Positions 29,417 to 39,682 of a DNA stretch of 64,000 nt are shown here, in pieces (the first letter of the stretch is position 1; every line of letters begins with the position of its first letter). The notes beneath the pieces are model-generated. The model did not search any database. It saw only the letters and a program-made list of their open reading frames with translations, and was not told where the DNA came from. The translations under genes were made by a program, and so were the position numbers. Origin of the DNA: an uncultured delta proteobacterium (lineage in GTDB: Bacteria > Desulfobacterota > Binatia > UBA9968); the NCBI GenBank assembly GCA_963727625.1, contig CAVSHR010000004.1, positions 864,001 to 928,000 of the forward strand. The letters run 5' to 3'.

Positions 29417-29989
29417 TTAGGCGCGCCCCAGACGGGATTGTCGCAAACGGAAAAATTGCAAGTGATAATTGACGCCGGACCAAATAGCAATCACGGCGGA
29501 TAAAACAAGGAAGTACATGCCGGCGGCGAAGAAATCCACGCTCCAATAGCGGTAATGCACCAGCAAACCAACCACCGCAAAGGCTTGCAAAATGAATTTG
29601 TACTTACCGAGAGTTTCCGACTGCATTACGATTCCCTCGCTCAGAGCGATACCGCGCAGCACCGTGACCGCACTTTCACGCGCCAGCACGACGACCACGA
29701 GCCATGCCGGCACGTTAGGCTCTCCGGGGCGATTCATCGCGGCCAACATGATCAACGCCGAGGCGACCATCAATTTGTCGGCCAACGGATCGAGAATCTT
29801 ACCGACATCGGATACCGATTTGTTACGCCGAGCCAGATAGCCGTCGAAATAGTCTGTAATCGAAGCAACGAGAAACAACGTGGCGGCCAGGAGTGATGAT
29901 GATCGATCCGGAAAAGTAAGCAGATAAACCAATACCGGGATGATCAATATTCGAATGAGACTCAACAGGTTAGGGAAAGTCCATACCAC
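29417..29989 (-). CDS. pgsA: CDP-diacylglycerol--glycerol-3-phosphate 3-phosphatidyltransferase
   Basis: PNLLSLIR and TDYFDGYLARR...GKILDPLADK motifs. Confidence 0.95.
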   Translation of the reverse strand: MVWTFPNLLSLIRILIIPVLVYLLTFPDRSSSLLAATLFLVASITDYFDGYLARRNKSVSDVGKILDPLADKLMVASALIMLAAMNRPGEPNVPAWLVVVVLARESAVTVLRGIALSEGIVMQSETLGKYKFILQAFAVVGLLVHYRYWSVDFFAAGMYFLVLSAVIAIWSGVNYHLQFFRLRQSRLGRA

Positions 29990-30029
29990 GGCAGACTCGG
30001 TCGACGGAAAAAACCGAAGAAATTATTCT

Positions 30030-30635
30030 CTAACGGACTTGCTTGACGACTTGGAAGCCGTCGCCACGGTAAGAGTCGTAAAAACGCAAAACGCGGCGCA
30101 CATACTCTCGCGTTTCGGCGAAAGGCGGAATGCCGGCGTATTTTTCGACTGCCGCGCTGCCCGCGTTATATGCTGCCAGAGATAATTCGAGATCGCCTTG
30201 GTAACGGTCCAGAAGCATCCGCAAATGGCGCACCCCGCCTTCGACATTTTCGCCCGGATCATAGGCATCGGCGACTTGATGCAAGCGCGCCGTGTCCGGC
30301 ATCAGCTGCATAAGTCCCATGGCGCCCTTTCGCGAACGGGCGGCGGCGTTGAAATCGGACTCGGCCTTGATCACCGCGCGCACCAGATCAGAGTCGACGT
30401 TGTAGCGGTGCGATGCGCTGCGAATGAGGGGGTCATAGGAAGTACTCAAAGACGTGGCCGATCCCGGCGCACCGTTATTTTCCCTTAGCACCCGACGGTA
30501 TCCCTGATGATTGGGCACGTTGGTAAATGTGACGACGCCGTTTGCGTCCTTGTAAACGTAGACGTCGCCCCGCGCTCCATCCGGCACCGCAACGACGGCT
30601 CCGACAAGCGCTAATATGAAGACTATGTTTGTCAT
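30030..30635 (-). CDS. Lytic transglycosylase (DUF4124 + SLT domain)
   Basis: YVYKDANGVVTFTN, AVIKAESDF, GAMGLMQLMP and LAAYNAG motifs. Confidence 0.92.
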   Translation of the reverse strand: MTNIVFILALVGAVVAVPDGARGDVYVYKDANGVVTFTNVPNHQGYRRVLRENNGAPGSATSLSTSYDPLIRSASHRYNVDSDLVRAVIKAESDFNAAARSRKGAMGLMQLMPDTARLHQVADAYDPGENVEGGVRHLRMLLDRYQGDLELSLAAYNAGSAAVEKYAGIPPFAETREYVRRVLRFYDSYRGDGFQVVKQVR

Positions 30636-30659
30636 TGTTGAAAATCTCAAAGCGGTCGT

Positions 30660-30688
30660 AGGATAACCGCACAGCCCATGGCTGTCAA
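30660..30688 (-). promoter_or_regulatory. sigma70-like promoter of the SLT-pgsA unit
   Basis: TTGACA-17 bp-TATCCT. Confidence 0.6.
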
Positions 30689-30752
30689 TTCTCCTGATTG
30701 CGCGCACGCTTATTTTGTTGCCCAGACTTTCTTTAGAAACCGGAAAATATCG

Positions 30753-31175
30753 TTAGAACCGGTCGCGGCCGCGGTCTGACATGAGTCGCGCGATGATCGG
30801 CCGATCCCCCTCGAGGAAGTCGAAGCGGTCAAACTCGGCGACCTCGGCCCAGACGATCTGCTGGAAAATCAAGTTCCGCGGCTCACCGTCAAATGCCTTC
30901 ACTTCGTAAAAACACAGCGAAACGGTCGGCCCGTTCGGATAGGAGTGCTCATATTGGCAAACGAACTCCATTTGGCGCGCATCGACGGCCAATTCTTCGT
31001 GCAACTCGCGACGCAGGGCATCGGTGTCCGACTCCCCTTTTTCGACCTTGCCGCCGGGAAACTCCCATTTCAAAGGAAACGCACCATCGGCGCGGCGCTG
31101 ACAAACCAAAACGCGCTGATCGCGAAACATCAGAGCGGCAACGACTCTGATCGCTACTCGATTTTTAGCATTCAT
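30753..31175 (-). CDS. MutT/NudG-type NUDIX (d)NTP pyrophosphohydrolase
   Basis: WEFPGGKVEKGESDTDALRRELHEEL Nudix box. Confidence 0.9.
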   Translation of the reverse strand: MNAKNRVAIRVVAALMFRDQRVLVCQRRADGAFPLKWEFPGGKVEKGESDTDALRRELHEELAVDARQMEFVCQYEHSYPNGPTVSLCFYEVKAFDGEPRNLIFQQIVWAEVAEFDRFDFLEGDRPIIARLMSDRGRDRF

Positions 31176-31220
31176 AGCTTGGAGATAAACTTGGCCGAGA
31201 TACAAGGAAGCTAGTTTTTC

Positions 31221-31297
31221 TGGCGCGCCTGGAGGGATTCGAACCCCCAACCCTCAGATCCGAAGTCTGATGCTCTGTCCAGTTGAGCTACAGGCGC
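31221..31297 (-). tRNA. tRNA-Arg (TCG)
   Basis: GCGCCTGTAGCTCAACTGGACAGAGCA-TCAGA-CTTCGGA-TCTGA-GGGTTGGGGGTTCGAATCCCTCCAGGCGCGCCA. Confidence 0.95.
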
Positions 31298-31315
31298 CTA
31301 GAAAACCGCAGCGGC

Positions 31316-33124
31316 CTATCGAAAATAAACGATTTCGAGCCCTTTTTCAAAAAAGAATCGATGCAGCGCCGCGGGGATTTGGCGGTCGGTGACAAACATT
31401 GCTTTCTCAGGCAAGTTGAAACCCCAAGCTTTTATAGTAAGCCAATCTCGATTCGAGGTCTGCGCCGTCGGAAATCTATACTCTCGGTAAACTGCCGGGT
31501 CACCGAGGACGCCGAGCATGCGCGCAATCAGCTCGCGCGACGACAAAGACTGAAGCTCCAGTTCGACCACCCTGATCCCCTGCCGATCTTGCAGCGCTTT
31601 ACGAATCTCCGGGTCCGCGCGCTGAAAGAACAGCGCCGTCCGCTTACCGTTGGACTCGAAAACACGGTCAGCTCGGATGTCCACACGCAAACCGTCGCTC
31701 ACTTCTGCCGAAAGCGTTTCGGCGACGCCGAATGGAATGCCGAATGAAAGCAACAGCTCGTCGACCAGCTCGCTTTTGTCCGCCGGCCAATTTTTGATCT
31801 GACCAGCGTCGCTCTTGGGATCGGCGTTTGGTTTATTGTTTGGTTGCGCGTCGACGCGCCGCGGCGATATCACGCCGCGCAGATTCAAGCCCAGCTTGGC
31901 CAGCTCGGCTCGTACGTAATCGGGGATCTCGTCGGGGCGATCCGTGAGATTGATGACAAAGACATCCTGAGTTTTGTTACTTACCTCGGGCGCCAAAGCC
32001 ATCCAGTCTCCTTTCGCTTCGAAAGCGATCCCTCCGTCTTGCACGACGACCGGCCGCTCGGCCGGCAGAGGCTTGTATCCCAGCGCGAAAAGCAACTGGG
32101 TGACAGCTTCTTGCAGCGACACACCATCGGCCATCGACAACACCGGTGTGCCGATGCTTGGATCGTTTAGTTTGGCTTTGAGAGATGCCGGGATATTGCC
32201 GTTAGGGTCGACGACCACGCGTTGTCGCAGATCCGGATTGTAGATAACCGGGTAGGTGCTCCTGTCAAAATGCACCGTGCCAGCCGGCAGCTTGATAGTT
32301 TCCTCACCGCTCTCTTGGATTTCGCCGCCGATGGCGGCGACGACGCGGCCCAAGAGCGGCATGTTTTCCCTTGCCGGCGTGCTCAACACTTGTTCGCTAT
32401 CCACCGGCGCCGTGGGCGCGACAACGGGTTCGGCCGCGTCCGACGCGCCAACCGCCGCAGCCGAACTCTGCGAAGCGGACCGGCTTGCAATTTTTGCACT
32501 TGCCGTTTCGCCGACTGAGCGTGGCGCCGGCAAGTGAATAATCTCCCCCTCGTGGAGCGTATCCCAATCTCCCTTGCGTTGCGGATTGAGATCCTTCACC
32601 AGGGAAGCGTATTGGGCAAGCTCCCGCAGGTTCATAAGGTTGAATTCCTGACGCAGGATCCGATAAAGAGATTCGCCAGATTTGACTCGATAGCTTATCG
32701 TGCGCCCGGAACTCGATCGCTGAGCCTCTCGGGTTGTCGCTGCGGCGACCGACGGCGCATCGCCGACGTCATCGAGGCGCAGCGGAATAAAGATCTTATC
32801 GCCGATACGTAGCAGGTCGAGTTTCTTAACCTGCGGGTTCAAGCCGCGAATGACCACTAAATAGCTCTGGAACTTTTTGCTCGACAGGCCCTTTTCTTCG
32901 ATCAAGATTCTCCAAAGGGAGTCGCCGCGGCCGATTTGGCGCTCCTCGCCGGTCACATGCCGGCCGTGAAATTCGCGCACCTCAACCGACTTGCGCAGAC
33001 TCATTTCGGTTCCGCCGCGCGCCGGCGCCTGCTCCTGCGCTTCAGTAGCGGATGCGAACGGGAGCGAAACGAAAAGAAGCAACAGTAAACAATCGAGGCG
33101 CGCCCGAATCATTTCACCTTCCAC
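31316..33124 (-). CDS. Exported protein with two LysM-like domains
   Basis: Signal peptide; IGRGDSLWRI..LNP..LRIGDKIFIP and YRVKSGESLYRI..LNP..LHEGEIIHLP. Confidence 0.8.
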   Translation of the reverse strand: MEGEMIRARLDCLLLLLFVSLPFASATEAQEQAPARGGTEMSLRKSVEVREFHGRHVTGEERQIGRGDSLWRILIEEKGLSSKKFQSYLVVIRGLNPQVKKLDLLRIGDKIFIPLRLDDVGDAPSVAAATTREAQRSSSGRTISYRVKSGESLYRILRQEFNLMNLRELAQYASLVKDLNPQRKGDWDTLHEGEIIHLPAPRSVGETASAKIASRSASQSSAAAVGASDAAEPVVAPTAPVDSEQVLSTPARENMPLLGRVVAAIGGEIQESGEETIKLPAGTVHFDRSTYPVIYNPDLRQRVVVDPNGNIPASLKAKLNDPSIGTPVLSMADGVSLQEAVTQLLFALGYKPLPAERPVVVQDGGIAFEAKGDWMALAPEVSNKTQDVFVINLTDRPDEIPDYVRAELAKLGLNLRGVISPRRVDAQPNNKPNADPKSDAGQIKNWPADKSELVDELLLSFGIPFGVAETLSAEVSDGLRVDIRADRVFESNGKRTALFFQRADPEIRKALQDRQGIRVVELELQSLSSRELIARMLGVLGDPAVYREYRFPTAQTSNRDWLTIKAWGFNLPEKAMFVTDRQIPAALHRFFFEKGLEIVYFR

Positions 33125-34512
33125 ACCGTCCCTTTGGGGGTATCCTCGATGACGACTCCGATCTCTTGAAGTTGATTGCGGATTCGGTCCGCTTCTTGCC
33201 AGTTTTTACTTTGACGCGCCGCACTGCGCTCGGCAATCAAGCTCTCGATCCGCGCCTCAGAAACTTTGCCGTTTTTTAGCCAACGGCTTTTTTTCCGTTC
33301 AAAGTAACCTTCTTGAAGCAGTCCGAGGGTGTCGCAAATAGCGCAGAAAGCCGCAGCGCGAGCCTCGAGTCCTGCTTGTTTCTTGGCGTCGAACAGGCGA
33401 TTCAAGGCGCGCACTTCGTCAAAAATGAGCGCCAATGCGCGCGGCGTGTTGAAGTCATCGTCCATTTCGTTTCGGTACGACTTCATGAGCTCCGGGTCGG
33501 GCGCGACTGGAGAACCGTCCTTAAACAAGTGTGCGGCGCGATCGATGGTTTCAAATATTCGCTCGGCGGCTCGAGCCGCCTCCGCAAGTCCCTCCTTGGA
33601 AAAATCCATCGGGCTGCGATAATGGCTGGAGAGAAAATAGTGGCGTAGCGCCAAGCCGTCGAACTGTTCCAAGATCTCCCGAACGGTAAAAAAATTGCCG
33701 AGCGATTTGGACATTTTCTCCTGGTCGATATTCAGAAACCCGTTGTGAATCCAATAGCGCGCCAGCGGCTTGTCATATGCGCCTTCGGATTGAGCGATTT
33801 CGTTTTCGTGGTGCGGAAAGATCAAATCGCGACCGCCGCCGTGAATGTCGAAGGGTTGGCCTAGATATTTAGTGCTCATTGCCGAACATTCGACATGCCA
33901 GCCTGGACGGCCGGGTCCCCACGGGCTATCCCAGGTCGGTTCGCCGGGCTTGCTCGATTTCCACAAGGCGAAATCGAGCGGCGAACGTTTCCGCGCATCG
34001 ATTTCGACCCGCGCGCCGGCTTCCAATTCATCAATATTTTTTCGCGAGAGCTTGCCGTAACCGGAGAATCCAGCCACGGAATAAAACACATCGCCGTCGA
34101 CTCGATAGGCAACGTCTTTGGCTTCTAACTGTTTGATGATTTCGATGATCTCGGCAATATGTTGCGTAGCGCGTGGCTCGACGGTTGGGGCTAGCAGGCC
34201 GAGGGCTTGGCTGTCCCTTTGAAACTCGGCAATGTAACGATCCGTGATCGCCTCACAGCTGATCTGTTCTTCGTTGGCGCGCTTGATAATCTTGTCGTCG
34301 ACATCGGTAAAGTTACGCACATAGGTGACGTCGAAGCCGCAAGAGCGCAGATAACGGCAGATGACATCAAACGTTAAAAGGAAGCGGCAATGGCCGAGAT
34401 GGGCCGAATCGTAAACCGTGACGCCGCACACATACATGCGCACTTTTCCCGGGGTGAGCGGCGCAAATATCTCTTTCTCTCCGCTTAACGTATTAAAGAT
34501 CTTCAATGCCAT
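33109..34512 (-). CDS. cysS: Cysteine--tRNA ligase
   Basis: YVCGVTVY, HLGH, GRPGWHVECSAM, FPHHENE and KMSKS motifs. Confidence 0.98.
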   Translation of the reverse strand: MALKIFNTLSGEKEIFAPLTPGKVRMYVCGVTVYDSAHLGHCRFLLTFDVICRYLRSCGFDVTYVRNFTDVDDKIIKRANEEQISCEAITDRYIAEFQRDSQALGLLAPTVEPRATQHIAEIIEIIKQLEAKDVAYRVDGDVFYSVAGFSGYGKLSRKNIDELEAGARVEIDARKRSPLDFALWKSSKPGEPTWDSPWGPGRPGWHVECSAMSTKYLGQPFDIHGGGRDLIFPHHENEIAQSEGAYDKPLARYWIHNGFLNIDQEKMSKSLGNFFTVREILEQFDGLALRHYFLSSHYRSPMDFSKEGLAEAARAAERIFETIDRAAHLFKDGSPVAPDPELMKSYRNEMDDDFNTPRALALIFDEVRALNRLFDAKKQAGLEARAAAFCAICDTLGLLQEGYFERKKSRWLKNGKVSEARIESLIAERSAARQSKNWQEADRIRNQLQEIGVVIEDTPKGTVWKVK

Positions 34513-34612
34513 CTTGGTGGATGCTCAATCTTACGGATCAAATGGTTTTATGCAAGCGATCTGCGATTGTCCAGCTTGATAAAGCGGGAAAAAAAGCATA
34601 GACAAAAGTCCT

Positions 34613-36271
34613 ATGAATTTCGCTAAACCTTATGAAGACTTACGCGAGTTTATCGCGGCTCTGGATGAACATGACAAATTGTACCGGATCCACCATGAAA
34701 TCAACAAAGACAGCGAGCTGCAGCCGCTGGTTCGCTGGCAATTTAGAGGCGGTATCCCTGAACGGGAGCGCCGCGGCTTTCTGTTCGATAATGTAACAGA
34801 CGGCAAGAAACGCAAATACAATTGTCAAGTGCTCGTCGGCGGGCTTTCGAGCTCCGAAGAGATTTATTGCCTGGGGCTCAAATGCCAGCCCGAGGAAGTC
34901 CCCGACCGCTGGATCTACGCGATGGATCATCTGATCGATCCGGTGCTTGTCGACTCAGGCTCCTGCCAGGAGGAAATTCACAAGGGCGATGGGCTACTCG
35001 CCCACGGCGGATTATTGGAATTTGCCGTTCCCATGTCGACTCCCGGCTTCGACAATGGGCCATACATTACCGCCGGACATTGGATCACCAAAGATCCGGA
35101 AACCGGCAAACGCAATGTCGGAAACTATCGCGGCTTGATCAAAGGGTCCACCTGCGCTGGCTTGATGTCCGGAACACCGCAGGATTTGTCGAGCCATTGG
35201 GAGAAATGCCGCAAGCTGGGCAAGCCCTTGGAAGTGGCGATCGTCGTCGGCACGATTCCCGCCGTCTCCTATTGCGCGACGCAAAAAGTGCCGCCGGACG
35301 TCGACGAATTGGCGCTCGCCGGAGGGCTGATGGGCGGGCCGGTGAAGCTGGTGAAATGTCAGACCGTCGACCTGGAAGTGCCGGCCAGCGCCGAGATCGT
35401 CCTCGAAGGCATCATCCCGACCAACTACATGGAAGAAGAGGGCCCCTACGGCGAGTCCATGGGCTACGTCGATCCGCGCACCTTGAGCACCGTGTTCGAG
35501 CTCAAATGCGTGACCCATCGAAAAAACCCGATCTGGGTCTCGATCATCAGCCAGGTGACGCCCAGCGAAAGCTCCAAGATCAAGGCGATGGGAATGGCCA
35601 CGCTGGTCAAGCGCTTCATCATCAGCAAAGGCTACGACTGCGTCAAGGAAGTGCATATGATCGAACCGCTGGTCAATCTGCGCCCTTATGTCGCCGTGAG
35701 TTTGAAGAAGCGCAACGACGAGGATCCCTGGGGCGTCATGCAAGCCGTGCTCGATTACGGCGACCGCGTCGGCAAGATGATCGTCGCCGTCGACGAAGAC
35801 ATCAACGTGAAAGATCCGGTGGCAGTCACCTGGGCGATTACCCATCGCTCGCAACCGCACAGGGACGTAAGAATCGTGCGCGACCGTCCCTTCGGCGCCA
35901 CGCCCATAGGCATGGTTGCCACCCATCCGTCGAGCCGTTACGACAACTCCGAGTCATCGCTTTTGATCGACGCTACGCGCAAAGCCGACTTCCCCCCGCT
36001 TTCGTTGCCCAAGGAAGAATTCATGGTCCGGGCCAAACAATTATGGGAGGAGCTCGGCTTGCCGAAGCTCACCCCGGAGGAGCCCTGGCATGGTTATTTG
36101 ATGGGACTCTGGCCGGAAAACCTCAATTACGAGGCGGAACTCGCGGCCCGGAGCGAACATGAAAAGGTCTGGGAGATACTGCGCAAAACCCGCGTGCAGG
36201 TCGGCGAAGGCGAAACTTTGAAATCCATGCGCGCGAAATGGGGCAAGACCCATTCCGGCAGAGCTGAGTAA
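34613..36271 (+). CDS. UbiD-family (de)carboxylase #4
   Basis: DLREFI, NVGNYR, EEGPYGE and IVAVDEDI motifs. Confidence 0.92.
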   Translation: MNFAKPYEDLREFIAALDEHDKLYRIHHEINKDSELQPLVRWQFRGGIPERERRGFLFDNVTDGKKRKYNCQVLVGGLSSSEEIYCLGLKCQPEEVPDRWIYAMDHLIDPVLVDSGSCQEEIHKGDGLLAHGGLLEFAVPMSTPGFDNGPYITAGHWITKDPETGKRNVGNYRGLIKGSTCAGLMSGTPQDLSSHWEKCRKLGKPLEVAIVVGTIPAVSYCATQKVPPDVDELALAGGLMGGPVKLVKCQTVDLEVPASAEIVLEGIIPTNYMEEEGPYGESMGYVDPRTLSTVFELKCVTHRKNPIWVSIISQVTPSESSKIKAMGMATLVKRFIISKGYDCVKEVHMIEPLVNLRPYVAVSLKKRNDEDPWGVMQAVLDYGDRVGKMIVAVDEDINVKDPVAVTWAITHRSQPHRDVRIVRDRPFGATPIGMVATHPSSRYDNSESSLLIDATRKADFPPLSLPKEEFMVRAKQLWEELGLPKLTPEEPWHGYLMGLWPENLNYEAELAARSEHEKVWEILRKTRVQVGEGETLKSMRAKWGKTHSGRAE

Positions 36272-36684
36272 GCTCCCCTAAAGCGATCGAAACGCCAGTG
36301 CGGCAATTCAGACATCAGCCCGCGCCGCTTCATGAGCTTCACCCCGGGGTACGTGACTCGGAGACAACCCACCGCCGCCACCGCTTGCTCGCGTTCGAGC
36401 GTGACCATCCAAATCGCAAATAACCACGCGCCACTTGTAAGCTTGCCGATCATTGGGCAAGCAGGCCTCAATTTATGTGGGATATGAGTTTCCAGGGCAA
36501 ACGCTCGGCTCGCTCACGGTAAAAGACCAATAATTATGCAGCGCCGCTACCCATTTGACGCGCGACTCAACATCATGCGAACGAGTTTTGTTACCATTCG
36601 GTAAGCAATTTGCGCCGCTCGCACGCTGCCATTTTTAGCGGCGTTGTGTTGAATCCTAACCGGACAAAGGCTATGTTTCCGTTC

Positions 36685-37236
36685 ATGAAACGGCTGGTAA
36701 AATTCACCGTGAACGGCGAGGAACACGAGGTAGAAATCGAGCCCAATCGTCTCTTGCTGCAAGTTCTGCGCGACAATCTCGGCCTCACCGGCACCAAAGA
36801 GGGTTGCAGCATCGGCGTTTGCGGCGCTTGCAGCGTGATCGTCGATGGCCGTCTGGTCAGCTCCTGTTTGACCCTGGCGGCGGGTTGCGCCGGCAAGAAA
36901 ATCGAAACCATCGAAGGACTCGCCAAGGACGGCGACCTCCATCCGCTGCAGCAGGCCTTCATCGAATATGGCGGTTTTCAGTGCGGCATCTGCACGCCCG
37001 GCCAAATCATGGCGGCCAAAGCGCTGCTCGACGAAAATCCCAAGCCGAGCGAAGAAGAAGTCAAGGAATGGATGTCGGGAAATCTCTGCCGCTGCACCGG
37101 TTATTACAAGATTCTCGAATCCGTCATGGCCGTGGTCAACGGCAAGACCGACCCCGAATACAAGTTTCGCAAGCGCGAAACCACGGCGAAGATCCAGAGC
37201 CTCGACGTTTATAAATCAGTCGCCAAGACAAATTAA
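36685..37236 (+). CDS. Molybdenum hydroxylase small 2x[2Fe-2S] subunit (CoxS/XdhC-like)
   Basis: GCSIGVCGAC, QCGICTPG and NLCRCTGY motifs. Confidence 0.93.
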   Translation: MKRLVKFTVNGEEHEVEIEPNRLLLQVLRDNLGLTGTKEGCSIGVCGACSVIVDGRLVSSCLTLAAGCAGKKIETIEGLAKDGDLHPLQQAFIEYGGFQCGICTPGQIMAAKALLDENPKPSEEEVKEWMSGNLCRCTGYYKILESVMAVVNGKTDPEYKFRKRETTAKIQSLDVYKSVAKTN

Positions 37237-37251
37237 AATTAAGAAAGAATC

Positions 37252-37336
37252 TCTCGCAAAGACGCCCAGTTAAGAGATCCGGAGAAACAACTCCTCCCAT
37301 CTGCGAGCTTTGCGCCTTTGCGGGAGACAATCCGAG
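37252..37336. repeat. REP/MITE-like imperfect palindrome (CGCAAAGACGC family)
   Basis: TCTCGCAAAGACGC ... CTTTGCGCCTTTGCGGGAGACAATCCGAG; a related copy lies at 39722-39816. Confidence 0.7.
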
Positions 37337-37360
37337 CGACCACCAAAACCTACAACAACC

Positions 37361-39646
37361 ATGGCTAAATCAGAAAACTACTCGGTTATCGGCAAGCGCG
37401 TTCAGCGCGTCGAAGGTTTCGACAAGGTGACCGGCGACTCGGAATACATCGCCGACATCTACCTTCCCGGCATGCTCGTCGGTAAAGTCTTGCGCAGCCC
37501 CTATCCCCACGCACGCATTCGCCATATCGACACGACCAAAGCCGAGAAACTTCCAGGAGTGCGCGCAGTCGTGACTGCCGAGGACACGATCAAAAAGCCC
37601 TGGGGGGCGTTCTTTGCCGACCAATATATTCTCTCCGTCGGGAAGACTCGTTATGTCGGCGAGGAAGTCGCCGCCGTCGCCGCCATCGACCCGGATATTG
37701 CCGAAGAAGCGATCGATCTCATCGAGGTCGATTGGGAGCCCCTCCCCGGCGTCTTCGACGCCGAAGAAGCGATGCAAGACGGCGCCCCCTTGGTGCACGA
37801 CGACAAGCCAAACAACATTGCCATGCAAATGGATTTAGAGCGCGGCAATGTCGCCGCGGCTTTCGCCGACTCCGATGTGATCGTCGAAGACACTTTCACC
37901 AGCATGCCCCAGTGGCACTGTTCCATCGAGACCATCGGCAGCGTCGCCGAATACGCGCCCAGCGGCAAGTACACCATTTACATGAACACCCAGACGCTGT
38001 TTAACGCGCGCTACCGCATCGCCGCGGCCTTGGGTGTACCCGAGACCGACGTGCGGATCATTCAGAGCGCGGTCGGCGGCGGTTTCGGCGGCAAGTCCTG
38101 CGATGACAACAACGCTCTGGTCGCCGCAGTTTTGGCGAAAAAAGCGCGCAAGCCGGTCAAGCTGATCAATACTCGCGAAGAGGAATTTCTCGCCGGCTGC
38201 CGGCCGCGCGTCTTCATGAAGATCAACGTCAAGATCGGCTTTAAAAAAGACGGCCATATCCGCGCCAAGGAATTGAAGGTCATCGCCGACAACGGCGCCT
38301 ACTCGGCCAAAGCGCCGGCGATCACCGGCGTCGCGGCGATGCGCCACGATACTTGCTATAAATATTCCGACGTCAAGATCGACGCCAAGTTGGTCTATAC
38401 CAACAAAATCCCCACCGGCGCCTTTCGCGGCTTCGGTAATCCGTCGGCGGAGTGGGCGGTCGAGCAAGCCATCGACTTGGGCGCTCATGCGCTCGGAATC
38501 GACCCTATCGAGCTCGCCCGCATCAACGCCGCCGAGACCGGCTACGTGTCGCCCCATGGCAACCGCGTGACTAGCTGCGAGCTCAAGCAATGTCTCGACA
38601 TGGCCGAGCAAATGATCGACTGGAAAGCTAAGCGCGCCAACAAGCAGCCGAATACCGGCCTCGGTTTGGCCTGCACCGTTCACGTCAGCGGCAAGCGCCA
38701 TTTCGGCGATTACGACGGCAGTTCGGCTACGATCAAGATCAACGAGGACGGCAAGGCGCTGATCTTGAGCGGCGAGGGAGAATGCGGCCAGGGCGCTCAC
38801 ACGGCCATGTGCCAAATCGCCGCCGAAGAGCTCGGCGTGCCGGTCGAAGATGTGGAGATTTCCCGCGCCGACACCGATCTCACGACTTTTTGCTTGGGAG
38901 CGTTCGCGAGCCGGCTGACCTATGTCAGCGGCAACGCGGTCAAAAACGCCGCGGCTAACGTCAAGCAACAACTGTTCGAACAAGCCGCAGAGATGCTGGA
39001 GGCCAACGCCGCGGATCTCATCTCGCGCGACGGCAGGATCTTCGTCAAAGGCGCCGAAGGCAAATCGGTCACCGTCGGCGACGCGGCGCGGGCGCGACTC
39101 TTCCGTCACAACGGCGCGCCCATCGTCGGCTCGGGGAGCTTCGATGCCGATTCGGTCCTGCCCGACAGCGTGCGCTTCGGCAACGAGTCCGGCGCCTACA
39201 ACTACGGCGTGCAGGCCGCTCAGGTGCGCGTCGATCGCGAAACCGGCCAGGTAAAACTTTTGAGCTACGTCATTGCCTCGGATTGCGGCACGGTGATCTA
39301 CCCGATCGGCGCTGAAGGCCAGGTCGAAGGCGGGCTGGCTCAAGGCATCGGCTACGCGCTCACCGAGGGACTGCAAATCGATGAAGGCCGGCCGCTCAAT
39401 CCGAATTTTTCCGACTATCGCATTCCCTCCATGCGCGACATGCCGCCGCTGCAGCATGCCTTCGCCGATTCCTACGAGCCGACGGGCCCTTTCGGCGCCA
39501 AGGGATTGGGCGAGCTCAACATGGACCCCACGGCCGCCGTGATCAACAACGCGATCTTCGATGCCGTCGGCGTGCGCGTCAAAACCTTGCCGATCACGCC
39601 GGAAAAAATATTGCGGGCTCTGAAAGAAAAGCAGGGCGAAAAATAA
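37361..39646 (+). CDS. Xanthine-oxidase-family molybdopterin-binding large subunit (HcrA/CoxL-like)
   Basis: RSPYPHA, VGGGFGGK, GAFRGFG, GQG and GAKGLGE motifs. Confidence 0.92.
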   Translation: MAKSENYSVIGKRVQRVEGFDKVTGDSEYIADIYLPGMLVGKVLRSPYPHARIRHIDTTKAEKLPGVRAVVTAEDTIKKPWGAFFADQYILSVGKTRYVGEEVAAVAAIDPDIAEEAIDLIEVDWEPLPGVFDAEEAMQDGAPLVHDDKPNNIAMQMDLERGNVAAAFADSDVIVEDTFTSMPQWHCSIETIGSVAEYAPSGKYTIYMNTQTLFNARYRIAAALGVPETDVRIIQSAVGGGFGGKSCDDNNALVAAVLAKKARKPVKLINTREEEFLAGCRPRVFMKINVKIGFKKDGHIRAKELKVIADNGAYSAKAPAITGVAAMRHDTCYKYSDVKIDAKLVYTNKIPTGAFRGFGNPSAEWAVEQAIDLGAHALGIDPIELARINAAETGYVSPHGNRVTSCELKQCLDMAEQMIDWKAKRANKQPNTGLGLACTVHVSGKRHFGDYDGSSATIKINEDGKALILSGEGECGQGAHTAMCQIAAEELGVPVEDVEISRADTDLTTFCLGAFASRLTYVSGNAVKNAAANVKQQLFEQAAEMLEANAADLISRDGRIFVKGAEGKSVTVGDAARARLFRHNGAPIVGSGSFDADSVLPDSVRFGNESGAYNYGVQAAQVRVDRETGQVKLLSYVIASDCGTVIYPIGAEGQVEGGLAQGIGYALTEGLQIDEGRPLNPNFSDYRIPSMRDMPPLQHAFADSYEPTGPFGAKGLGELNMDPTAAVINNAIFDAVGVRVKTLPITPEKILRALKEKQGEK

Positions 39647-39682
39647 TCGTCACACCGAAATGGAATCGCACAAAACTCGTTT

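Noticed and set aside
36280-36455. Another collapsed SBP remnant on the minus strand (signal-like start, LRVTYPG)
   Set aside because: Similarity is too weak to support without a search.
37835-39457. Long alternative ORFs (540 aa here; also 34822-36162, 19157-20365, 48354-49487, 35012-35926, 3281-4168)
   Set aside because: They are antisense or off-frame shadows of well-supported genes, expected in GC-rich DNA, and carry no motifs.
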